From positions 287,440 to 351,439 of the forward strand of contig NW_008246097.1 of the NCBI RefSeq assembly GCF_000281045.1: DNA of 64,000 nucleotides, written 5' to 3'. Both the position numbers and the translations under genes were made by a program. The DNA comes from Saprolegnia diclina VS20 (taxonomy: Eukaryota). Of this stretch, positions 12,462 through 22,927 are shown piece after piece. The notes under the pieces are model-generated. The model did not search any database, was not told the origin of the DNA, and saw only the letters and a list, made by a program, of their open reading frames with translations. Positions within the stretch are counted from its first letter, which is position 1, and every line of letters starts with the position of its first letter.

Positions 12462-13557
12462 GCTGCTCTTCTTCTCTCCTCTCTGGGACTGACTGCGCCG
12501 GATGGAGCTTATGCGGTCAACCGACTTCGGCGTGCTAAAAATAGCACCGTATCCGGAAAAAAGCCGTTCGATTTTTCGGGTTGTTCTTGCGGTGCCAAGC
12601 GCGCTACACAGCTTGTGCAGCTGCGCGCCCGCGTCCGTGATGCCAGCGACGAGGACTCTTCGGTCGGTGGACCTGCACTCGGATCCCACGTTGAGAATGT
12701 TCAAGAACATGCGACTAAGATCGTGGACTCGGCGTGGGGCAAAGGCAAAGCTAATGATGGTCCTCGCGGCGCGGTCGCGTGGTGGCGGCACTCGCTCGCC
12801 GCAAGTCGACGCTAAATGCAACGTGTATTACCTTGTCGACGAAGAGTGGGACCGTTGACGAGGCAGCACAACCGACGGGCGGCCGCAGACAGCACCTTCT
12901 CACTGCATGCCACGTGGACGAGGATCCAACCGACGACGACGACTGGGCGTCCCAACAGTGCAGAGATACCGTTGAAGTACCGCAGTGTCCAGCGCCTCAT
13001 TGGCAGCGACCTGTCGTTGCACACGAGTACGTTGTCGTCGGCTTGACCATGTCCAGTGGCAGGACGATGTGTGCTCGGTGCCACGTATACCCGCGGTGCA
13101 CGTCAGCGTACCATGATGACGGTCACCAATGATGAGGCTCTTGTGAACCACCTCACACAAGCGCGGGCTACTGGGCACTGGGCTGCTGATGCAAGCATGA
13201 CGCCGAAGAGACGGCTGCTAGATTCGCCACCGGCCGATCGCAGCAAGCGGCGGCTTTACGCCTCCGAAGATGGACATTGCGTGTCCACGGGCACGGTGCC
13301 TGCGTTCTTCCTGGCCTCGTGACGACCGTAGCTTTTACCTCGCTCGATTGCGCGCTCATTGGTCGTAGCAACGTACCATCAGTGTCGTCTCGCGTGGCCG
13401 TCGTCGGCGCCACCGCTGGTCGAATCTGACCACTCTGGAGGGTGCCACTGTGGCGACAGGCGCGGCCGGGTCTAAATTTTATCCAAGCAGCATACAAACC
13501 GCATGGTAATAATTTAGACGCAGTCGCGCATCGCGCTCGACGGACGCCATTTGTGAA

Positions 13558-14778
13558 ATGGCCGTCGGCGACACCGCGACGCGCACGCTGCTGTCGGCGA
13601 CCGTCGTCGAGCGCCGGTCGCTGCCGTCGCGCGGGTACCAGTACAAGCTCCACATCGTTAGCGACAAAGGCGAGCTCTGTGTGTGGCACAAGTACAAGAC
13701 GTTCCAGAATCTCGCGACAACACTGACGATCCAGCTCCTCCACGACGGCGTCACGGACATTCCGCACGGGTTCGACTTGCCACGCGACGATACGACCGTG
13801 GACTTGCCGCTGCTCAATACCTTTTTGCTCGCGGCCGTCGAGACGGATCTCGACTGGGGCATCCGCATCGATGCTACCACCGTCGTGTACAAGCCCAAGC
13901 GCCGGTCGTCGTCGTCGTCGTCGTTTTCGTTTGTCGATCGCAAGTCGTCCATGGCGCACCACGACGATACGGCGCAGCGCGTTTTGGTGGACGCACGAAT
14001 CCTTGACGCCCGCGTCGTCCGCGTCGCGCACCCCGAAACAATGAAAGAGTACGACGTCGTCCAGTACTGCCTCGCACTCGAGACGCGCGCGCACGGACCG
14101 ATGCGCATCTGGCGGCGCTACAGTACCTTCTCAAGCCTCGCCACGTCACTTCAGCGGCAGTGTCCGCGCATGCGGCACGAGCTTGACCTCCCCGAGGCCG
14201 ATCTGCGCAGCTCGCAGCTCTCGGCGTCCAATATTCAGTCGCGCATCGAGGTGCTCAACCAGTTTCTCCTTGTCGCGTGCAAGACGCCTTTGCTCGAGTG
14301 GGGTATTCGCATCGACGCTGACACGTGCGTCTACAAGCGCAAGGTAGTCGACGAGCCGCGCCAAGGCATCGTGCTGTACGAAGAGCCGGCGAAAGCGTGC
14401 TGCGTCTCCGAGAACGTCTCGCTCATCTCGGCCAAAATCGCGGGCTTTCGCATTGGCGCTCGAAAAGACGCGGCAGGCCACGCGTCGGTCAAGTACAATC
14501 TGCAAATGGACTGCCTCTCCAACCTCGGCGGCATCTGCACGTATTCGATTTGGCGGCGGTTTGCGACGTTTGAGGAACTTGCCAAGTCGGTCGCGGGCCT
14601 CGCGCCACACATCCCGTCGCTCCGCGCGAGCGACGACGAGCACCACGATAAGGCGCTCGTCCAGCGGCGCATTGACGCACTCAACCACCTCTTTGATGTC
14701 CTCTCGGCCTGCGATGAGCTCGAGTGGGCGATTCGCGTCGACGCCGACACGACTGTCTACAAGCATCGCGTCGTTTAG
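13558..14778 (+). CDS. Intronless 406-aa protein made of three tandem PX-like domains related to the neighbouring myosin tail PX
   Basis: Three repeats of Y.L...W(H/R)(K/R)(Y/F).TF..LA...LN.(F/L)...W(G/A)IR(I/V)D..T.VYK match the myosin tail YKLQI...WHRYSTFRNLA...LNEFL...WGIRVDQDTCVYK. Confidence 0.85.
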   Translation: MAVGDTATRTLLSATVVERRSLPSRGYQYKLHIVSDKGELCVWHKYKTFQNLATTLTIQLLHDGVTDIPHGFDLPRDDTTVDLPLLNTFLLAAVETDLDWGIRIDATTVVYKPKRRSSSSSSFSFVDRKSSMAHHDDTAQRVLVDARILDARVVRVAHPETMKEYDVVQYCLALETRAHGPMRIWRRYSTFSSLATSLQRQCPRMRHELDLPEADLRSSQLSASNIQSRIEVLNQFLLVACKTPLLEWGIRIDADTCVYKRKVVDEPRQGIVLYEEPAKACCVSENVSLISAKIAGFRIGARKDAAGHASVKYNLQMDCLSNLGGICTYSIWRRFATFEELAKSVAGLAPHIPSLRASDDEHHDKALVQRRIDALNHLFDVLSACDELEWAIRVDADTTVYKHRVV

Positions 14779-14972
14779 TGTTCTAATATTATTCTGTCTC
14801 GTGTCCAGTGCCTAGACTCTGTTTTATACAGTGTACTCTTCTGGACTTTTGTACCCTTGAAATTATCCTGTATTCTGTATAAATACTGTGGAATATGTGC
14901 TGTGTAATACACTGTATTCGAAACAGTGTTTGATGGACAACGCAGAAGAGAGACGGATGCAAACACAGATTA

Positions 14973-15437
14973 CTAGAAGAAGGCAAGGTTGCGCGGGAGG
15001 CACTGCCAAAAGTGAGCGTTGAAGCGAAAGCACGTGTCTTCGTCGCGGCAGACTTTACCTTGCGCGTCAAAGTCGTTGTTGCGACCGCCGCACTGCGCGT
15101 ACGTAGGAAGGTGCTTCGCGTCGGTGGCCGTCGCCTGGCACTGGGCGTAGTGTTCGTTGACCGTCACGCACGCCGAACCGGGCGGGCACTTACGCGAACC
15201 AGTAAAGTCCTTGCCGCCGCATTGCGCCCAGAGACCGACGTGGTCAGCTTGCGCGTGCATGGTCGAGCCCCACGTAGGTTCGCAGACAAACTTGTCGTGC
15301 TGGCTACCCCGGGGCACGCATTCGAAGAGCGCCGACTCGCAGCAGCGACTCTCGGCGCTGCAGGTGCCGTAGTTGACGCCGCACGAGGCAGCAGCGACGC
15401 TCGATAGCGCAAGCAGAAGAAGCGACGTCGGCTGCAT
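14973..15437 (-). CDS. Small secreted protein with two CBM1 (fungal-type cellulose-binding) modules and an N-terminal Cys-rich segment
   Basis: Signal peptide MQPTSLLLLALSSVAAA, then WAQCGGKDFTGSRKC...C...NEHYAQC and YAQCGG...C...C..FNAHFWQC. An Inr-like TCATTTTCCCACTT lies immediately upstream. Confidence 0.88.
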   Translation of the reverse strand: MQPTSLLLLALSSVAAASCGVNYGTCSAESRCCESALFECVPRGSQHDKFVCEPTWGSTMHAQADHVGLWAQCGGKDFTGSRKCPPGSACVTVNEHYAQCQATATDAKHLPTYAQCGGRNNDFDAQGKVCRDEDTCFRFNAHFWQCLPRNLAFF

Positions 15438-15979
15438 GCTGCAAGTGGGAAAATGAAGACTTGCGTTTTGGCTGGCTGGGCTTCAATTTGAGACCTCTTT
15501 GGGAAGAGCGCAGGTGATATACACCCGAGTTGAGTTGCGATTTTGTTGAAGCAGAAGCGACTCTTCCGGCGCCAGAGCTCGCCACCAGTGACGCGGGCCC
15601 TTGAACGCAGCTGCGACCGCTGCCAGCTATCATCCTCCAAATTGAACGACGCTTCCGACGAGCGCCAATCCACACAACTACACTGGTACAACAGACGACG
15701 AGAATGCTATTCAGGAACATGAAGGTTTCGCCGACACGGAGAGAGCTCGGGTCGCAAGTGTCCACAGCCGCGTCATTGCAACGACCTCTTCTTCTGCTCC
15801 TCGTACACACCCAAGCAAACAAGACAAATCAGAGAAAACACAAAATTTGCGACTGCAGAGCGATCAACAGAAGAAAGTCCTAAAAGGACTACAGCATGCA
15901 GACTTTGTAAGAGCCAAGAGAGCGCAAAACACCTTCATATTTATCTATCGAGCAATGCAATTTTATTGTCGGACGCGCG

Positions 15980-18900
15980 CTACACGGAGCTTTTGTTGCG
16001 CTTGATCGAAAACCGAGACGCAAACGACTGACGCGGTGCGTCCTTCTCGTCGCTAAACGAGTTGGAAGACGCGCGAAAGCCCGCGATCGAGACTGTATCG
16101 CGCGTCGTCGACGCCGTCTCGCGTGACGACAGCGAGTCCCTAAGTCATCCAAATCGCACTTGGATAGAGTATCGATCGACGCGTACCGAGATGGCGGTGC
16201 GTTCTTGACGCGGCGTTTGTAGACGCACGTGTCCTGGTCGACACGAATGCCCCACTGAAGGTACTCGGCGCGCGTCGCTGCTTCGAGAAACTCATTGAGC
16301 TTCGCGACGCGGTCCTGAATGATCTTCTCGCTGAAGTTGCCAAAGAGCTGCTTGTTGGGGAGCTCGGGAATGTCCTTCTTCCGGTACCCGTTCTTGCTCT
16401 GGAGAGTCGTCGCGAGGTTTCGGAACGTCGAGTAGCGGTGCCACACAAAGAGCGTGCCTCGGTTGTTGGTCTCGATCTGGAGCTTGTACTCGACAAACTG
16501 CCGGCCTTCGCGAAAGGTAATGCGGCTGTCAACCACCTACGCATTGTGACGCTCGGTAGCTCAATGCGATAGCAGTACCCTGGCCGACATCAACGACACT
16601 TCTTCGCTGCGCGCGACCTTGCTCTGCAGTTGCATGAGCTCGCGCTTGAGCCGGTCGTTCTCGCCCTTGAGCTCTGCGTCGGCGTACTCGTGCACGTTTT
16701 GAGCGAGTTTGGCCTTGAGCTCCTGGTTCTCCTTCTGAAGGAACTCGTTGAGCGCCATCGCGCCCTCCGCAGCCTCGCGCGCTTCCAGTGCAAGCGCCTC
16801 TGCTTGGCCCACACGCGCCAGTAGCTCAGCATGCGAGCTCTTCTCGATAAGCGACTCGTGGTAAGTCGGTCGCGGAGACGCTGGTACTTCGTCTTCGTCG
16901 TCTTCCCACGCCATCGTCTACATACGACATAGTCTCTACTGGAGCGTGCTCGTAGTACCTTGGCCGGCGAGGCCGATGCGGCTTGGAGCTTGGCGGCGCG
17001 CTCGAGTTGCGCCTGCGCCTCGGCCTCAGCCAAGATCCGAAGTCGCTCGGCCTCCTTGCGCTGGCGCTCAGCAACGAGAAGGACGCGGAATGCGCGACGC
17101 TGGACGAGCCCGCGCCACCGCGCTTGTGCACCCAAAACCCCAGTGCGAAGCGCGAGGAATTCACGCCGCGCGCGCACGCCAGCGACATACGCCGTGAGGT
17201 GGGCTTGGAGCACGATGACGGCGGCGCGGACTCGGCGGTAGCCGGCGCGGGCTGCGTGCATGCGCAGGTTGCGCTGGAGGCAGAGTGCAAAGCTGCGAAG
17301 AAGCTCGTTCCGCCGGTCCTCGAGCTGTTGCAAGAGACCGGACGAGAAGTAGACCTTGGTGCGACCGATCGCAAAGAGCGCGTTCTTTGCCGACGTCGTT
17401 TCGGGCAAAAGGCGCTGCAGCAGCCCGAGCACCATGGCCTCGGGCGGCGCCGACCGGAGCTTGGACGGGCAAATGATGGCAAAGCGAGACGTAAACTCCT
17501 TGAGCGAGAGGCGGTTCGGGAACGCCGCGCGACTGATGCGAATCGCGGCAATGACGCCGGCGCACCGGAGCTGATCGACGACCATGTGCCGGTCAAACTT
17601 GGTCGCGCTCTTGTTGGCGTTGGGCTTGATGCAGCGGACGTACTGCGTCGACGTCTTGGCGATCTGGTCCATGAGCTCGCCGAGCTGCTTGCGGAACGAA
17701 CCCGCGATCGTGTTGCCGACGAGGAAGCCCTGGCGGCGCGGCGCCGACTTGGGGGGGCCTCGCCCCCCCGAGGTCGTCTTGGACGCCGCGTCTTTGGCCG
17801 AGAGCTCGGGAAAGACGTCGCGGATGAACGACGACTGGCTCGACGCGAGGAGCTCGAGAAGGTCCGACGGAAGCGTGTCCTTGTTCTTATCGAGAAAGTG
17901 CGATCCGTCGTAGGTCACGTCGCCAGCGTAGTGGAGGATCTTGAACTGCATTGGGTCCATTCGAACGCGGTCGATGCTCTTGTGTGTTGCAAAGGCCTCG
18001 TGCACCTTGTTGACAAACATGCTGTCCGAGCCCTTTGGCTGCAAGCACGTCTCGTTGAGGAGGTCGACGATGCCGAGCTTGCCTTCGATGAGGTCGAGGA
18101 TCGGCTGGTTGTCCTCAAAGCTCACCAAGTCCAACGGGATGCCCTCTTCGACGTACTCGGCCTGCACGGTCTTGAAGATGTCGCTGTTGAACTTTTGCTG
18201 CAGCTTCTCGTTGGCGTAGTTGATGCAGAGCTGCTCAAAGCCGTTGTGGTCAAACGACTCGAACCCAAAGATATCGAGGAGACCAATGTGCGACGAGACG
18301 TTCTTGGTCGAGCAAATGGCCCGATTGATGCGCCCGACGAGCCAGTCGAAGAGGCGCGAATAAATACCCTTGGCGAACGCGTCGCGGAGGTCAAAGGCCT
18401 GGTCGACCTTGAGCGGGATCGTGAACGTCTCACCACGCGTCGTCATGGTGCGCTGGCAGAGCGTCTTGGTGAGCGCTTCCGGCGCCGTCTTGAGAAGCGC
18501 AGCGACGGCGGCGAGGTTCTCGGACGTCGAGACTTGGCTGCTCTCGGCGTTGACCGCCGTGAACGCGACCTCGCCGAGGTTCAAGATGGCCGAGACGATC
18601 TCAAAGATACCGTGCTGCTCGCGGTCGTCGATCCCGATCGTGTCCATGGCATCCTTCGTCTCTTGGAGAAACACCGAGTCGTCCGTGTTGTCGACGCGCG
18701 AGCCCGCACCGACCTTGACAAANNNNNNNNNNNNNNNNNNNNNNNNNNNNNNNNNNNNNNNNNNNNNNNNNNNNNNNNNNNNNNNNNNNNNNNNNNNNNN
18801 NNNNNNNNNNNNNNNNNNNNNNNNNNNNNNNNNNNNNNNNNNNNNNNNNNNNNNNNNNNNNNNNNNNNNNNNNNNNNNNNNNNNNNNNNNNNNNNNNNNN

Positions 18901-19671
18901 NNNNNNNNNNNNNNNNNNNNNNNNNNNNNNNNNNNNNNNNNNNNNNNNNNNNNNNNNNNNNNNNNNNNNNNNNNNNNNNNNNNNNNNNNNNNNNNNNNNN
19001 NNNNNNNNNNNNNNNNNNNNNNNNNNNNNNNNNNNNNNNNNNNNNNNNNNNNNNNNNNNNNNNNNNNNNNNNNNNNNNNNNNNNNNNNNNNNNNNNNNNN
19101 NNNNNNNNNNNNNNNNNNNNNNNNNNNNNNNNNNNNNNNNNNGCTTGCGCATGTCGAGGTACGCATGCGACGAAAGCGCGAACGGGTGCGGTGGCAGCGA
19201 CGTCTTTGGCTGCTCCAAATACTTGGGGTAGAGCCCCTAGATTCATACCGTGGGCTATCGCAAGTCGAGTCGGGAGGCTACCTCGCCGTAGAGGTCTAGC
19301 CATTTGTACGGGTTGACAGCAATGCAGATCTGGCCCGTGTACGTGTACGGGATGCTCTGCGCGTGGCGCAATTGCAGGTTCTTCAGGACCGCCGGCTCAT
19401 GCAGGTGGTTGAGCGTGCACATATCCTCAACGCCGAGCTTCTCAAAGGTGTTGCAGATGGGCATCGCGGTCGAGGAGACTTCGCCCGCGAGCTTGGCGAT
19501 CTCGCGCACGTCAAAGGTCTTTGTGGTGCCAATCTCACGGTCGTATGCGTCTTCGTCCTCGACATAGCGCACTTGCACCGACGTCTCCGAGAGCTTCTGG
19601 ACGACCGTCGCCTTCTTCCAGACGACGTCATCGTGCGGCACCCACACGGCCGTCCCGACAGCGTCCGCCAT
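15980..19671 (-). CDS. Unconventional myosin B, inverted paralog of myosin A with PX tail (introns 19237-19281, 16918-16958, 16537-16578, 16140-16186; P-loop region falls in the N-gap)
   Basis: Colinear with myosin A over long near-identical tracts. A last intron gives ...PPSR|DSLSS...KRNKSSV*. The 420-N gap roughly matches the missing motor segment. Confidence 0.9.
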
Positions 19672-20413
19672 GCCAAAATGCTATATCCGCCTTTTTAGCA
19701 GTATATTTTCGGTGTAACCAATTGGGACTGAAACTGCTGGCAACAACTTTTACCCAACTCGGCGTAAGCGGAGAATGCCCTCGCTGGAGCCTCGCGCTTC
19801 CAGCCCGCTTCAAGTACATCGCCTTCAAATGGATTTAGATAGTGGAGCACTGCTCGTAGCGAGCGATGCAAACGAGGTGTTCGTCGAACGTTCGTGTTGC
19901 TTGGATGCAGGGAACTGCCCGATTCCTCGAGAACGTACGATCAGGACGCTGTTGGCGACGTAAAATGCAGGGCCAAAAGCTCGCTTCGAAGAGCGTTCTC
20001 GGACGTCGCGGCAGCTGCCAGCAAGAGGCGCATCTTGTGTTCCAAGAGAAATTCAGCCCGAGTGTTCCCACGCGTCACGAGGCATGTGTTTCGCCAGATC
20101 CAGTGCGACCATGTGGTCAAAGCTGCTGCCGCCGCCGGAGCTTTAGCCACGAGCAATGGCCAGCGCCAAGCGTCGTGTAGCATTAGGTAGCTGTCTAGCT
20201 CGTACAGCTAACTCGTACTGAGTAGTAAATTGCATCACATTGTGCACGTGGTTGGACTGCGGGACGGCGGCCACGTCCGCGCGCCACGTCAGAGATGGCC
20301 AATCACTCCGCGTCGTTGTCGAATACCGGCATATGATTGGCGAGTATTTTTAGCAATTCCAATCTGCAACGGCAAACTCAACGGCAAACTCAACTCGTCG
20401 AGCCATTGTGAAG

Positions 20414-22448
20414 ATGGAGATCAAGCCGCGGGAGACACCACCGCGCCGGCCGACGCTCACCTCGCACAAGTCGGCAGGCTCGCTTCTCGATGACGCCGGG
20501 CTCAAGCGGACCGATGGCCGCAGTGTCGACGACAACGAGCACGCTGTCGGGCGCCGCAGCAGCAAGCCGCACCTGACCATCGATGTACACGAAGCCAAGC
20601 CACCTTTTCCTCTGGGAAAGCGCCGGTCCGTGAGCGACGCGTCCATCAAGCTGAGCCAGGACGAGGTGCTGGGCCACGATATGCTCGTGTCGCGGCCGGG
20701 CTCGCCGGCGGCCAAGGCCATCGACATGACCAACCAAATCCAGCGCGCGCGGTAGCAGCTTCCTGCCTCGCTGCATGATCACGATGGTTTTCTAGACATG
20801 GCACGCTCCTAACGTCGCCGACGGCAGCGTTCAAAAAGCCCGACGGCAACGAAATCCACGACCAGCACGAACAGTATACGCTCACGTACGGCATGATGAC
20901 GGGCATCCTCGCATCCGTACGACATTGCTGCTGGTATCTGCATGATGATGACAGCAATGGTACAGGCGGGCAGCATGGACCTCTTCAAGCAGCGCCTGAC
21001 GATGAACGACTTTATGCGAGTCGATAAGCGCAGCTTTCCTGCCAACCCCAAGTCCAAGCTCAAGCACGAGTTCAAATTCAAGGTCAGACTGCCTACGACG
21101 ATCGTTCTGAAGTAAGCTTGTAGGACTATGCGCCCGACATTTTTCGGCAGATTCGCCGGCGCTTTGACATTGACAGCGTACGACACAGGCGACATTGGTG
21201 GCGTCTCACGTGTGCTAGGCGGACTACCTCGTGACGCTCTGTGGCGACTTCAACTACATCGAGTTCATGTCCAACTCCAAGTCGGGCCAATTCTTCTTCT
21301 ACTCGCACGACGGGCGCTTCATGATCAAGACGCAGACGCAAGGCGAGTCCAAGTTTCTTCGGCGCATCTTGCCCCACTACTACAAGGTGCGCTTGACTCA
21401 GGGATAGGGTCTACACGTATGCCTAGTTTGTCATGGAGAACCCGAACACGCTCGTGACGCGCTTTTACGGCATGCACCGCGTCAAGATGCACCACCTCAA
21501 GACCCAAATGCACTTTGTCATCATGGCCAGCGTCTTCAACACGCCCAAGGAGATCCACCTGCGCTTTGACCTCAAGGGCTCGACCGTCGGCCGCAACGCA
21601 TCACCGGACGAGAAGAAGCGCCGCGGCGTTCTCAAGGACAACGACCTCATCGAGGAGCAGATCCATCTCTCGCTGGGGCCGGCCCGGCGCGCCATGATGC
21701 TCGAGCAGCTTCGCAAGGTAGTACGTTGCTGCTGCCGGCACGAGCCAAATCAAGGCATAGGACGTGGCGTTCCTCAAGCGCATGAAAATCATGGACTATA
21801 GCTTGCTCGTGGGCATCCACGATGCGGGGCAAGAGATCCTTGTCCCGGGCCCAACGTACGCTACATTTCCCCACCCTAGTATAGCTGAAGATGGGCATGT
21901 GTCTAGTCTTGCCACGGAGATCGACTTGGCCGAGCAAAAAAAGAAGCTGCAGCAACTGCAGCAGCCGACCGTGTTTGGGAGCGCGGCCGAATCAACCGTG
22001 CAGCTGGACGACGACGACGACGACGACGACCTTGGGGTCTTGGACCCCGGCGTCCCACCCCCGACGTGATAAACACGGTCGTTGCAACGCAGCGTCGTAA
22101 CAGCGTGTCTTTGTAGGTCACCCCGGGTGGACCCTGTCAACAAGGAGCCGACCGGGTCGATCTTTTGCAAGGACCTTGGCGGCATCCGCGGCCGGCGCAC
22201 GTCGGGCAAGAAGAACGGCTTTGTCTACTTTGTCGGTGCGGCTCTTCCGTGCCCTTGAGAACCTTGCTCACACGTACGGTTATGTAGGAATCATCGACAT
22301 TCTGCAGCAGTACAACATGCAGAAGCGCGCCGAGACGCTCATCAAGGGCCTCCAGCACAACGCCAAGGAGATCTCGTCCGTGGACCCCGACTTGTACGGC
22401 AACCGGTTCATCGAGTTTATGGAGAAGTTTGTCCTCGTCGACGACTAA
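20414..22448 (+). CDS. Phosphatidylinositol-phosphate kinase (PIP5K family), multi-exon
   Basis: Exons encode FKFK-DYAPDIFRQIRRRFDID, SKSGQFFFYSHDGRFMIKT, FDLKGST, LKDND, IMDYSLLVGIH and IIDILQQYN...Y..RF. Confidence 0.93.
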
Positions 22449-22772
22449 ACTAGCATCATCCACATTATGATCGTCTTCGCACCCACGAGGAACCTCGTAC
22501 GCCACCTTGCGAGCGCGTGGTCAATCGTGGATATGGATGGTGCCACCCAACGCGCAGCAACCTGATCGGAGGCGGTCGCCATGTCCAGGCCCATGGCTTT
22601 ACCATGGCTTGCCATGGCCTCGTCGGAGTTGTGGTAGTCGGCGGCGGTCGTTGCGGCCGGCGCAGTGATGGCTGGCGACTCGGTGGTCGCGCCAGGTTAC
22701 TCACGGCGGCGTGCCCGAAGCGAACGAGCCGCTGGCGTCCGGCGTATAGGCTAGTCGTCGGGTGTGAGACAC

Positions 22773-22844
22773 GTACGTACGAACAACCGTACGTACATTC
22801 CTGGTACAAACATCAAGTACAAGCGTACAGACGGTACATTGTAC
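22773..22844. promoter_or_regulatory. Cluster of nine GTAC palindromes upstream of the secreted-protein gene
   Basis: GTAC at 22773, 22777, 22789, 22793, 22804, 22817, 22825, 22834 and 22841; function is inferred only from position. Confidence 0.45.
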
Positions 22845-22927
22845 TGGAAAGGCGGGGCGTGTAATGGTCGTTCGACAGTGCGTGGAGCGCCCACTTTTGC
22901 TTTCCACCGGCCGTCGCAACTCGCATC

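Noticed and set aside
12640..13322. Possible plus-strand multi-exon hypothetical gene
   Set aside because: The frames are fragmentary, with no convincing splice path or homology.
14908..14930. Short hairpin acactgt-attcgaa-acagtgt between convergent genes
   Set aside because: A 7-bp stem in AT-rich 3' DNA is compatible with chance, and bacterial-type terminators are not expected here.
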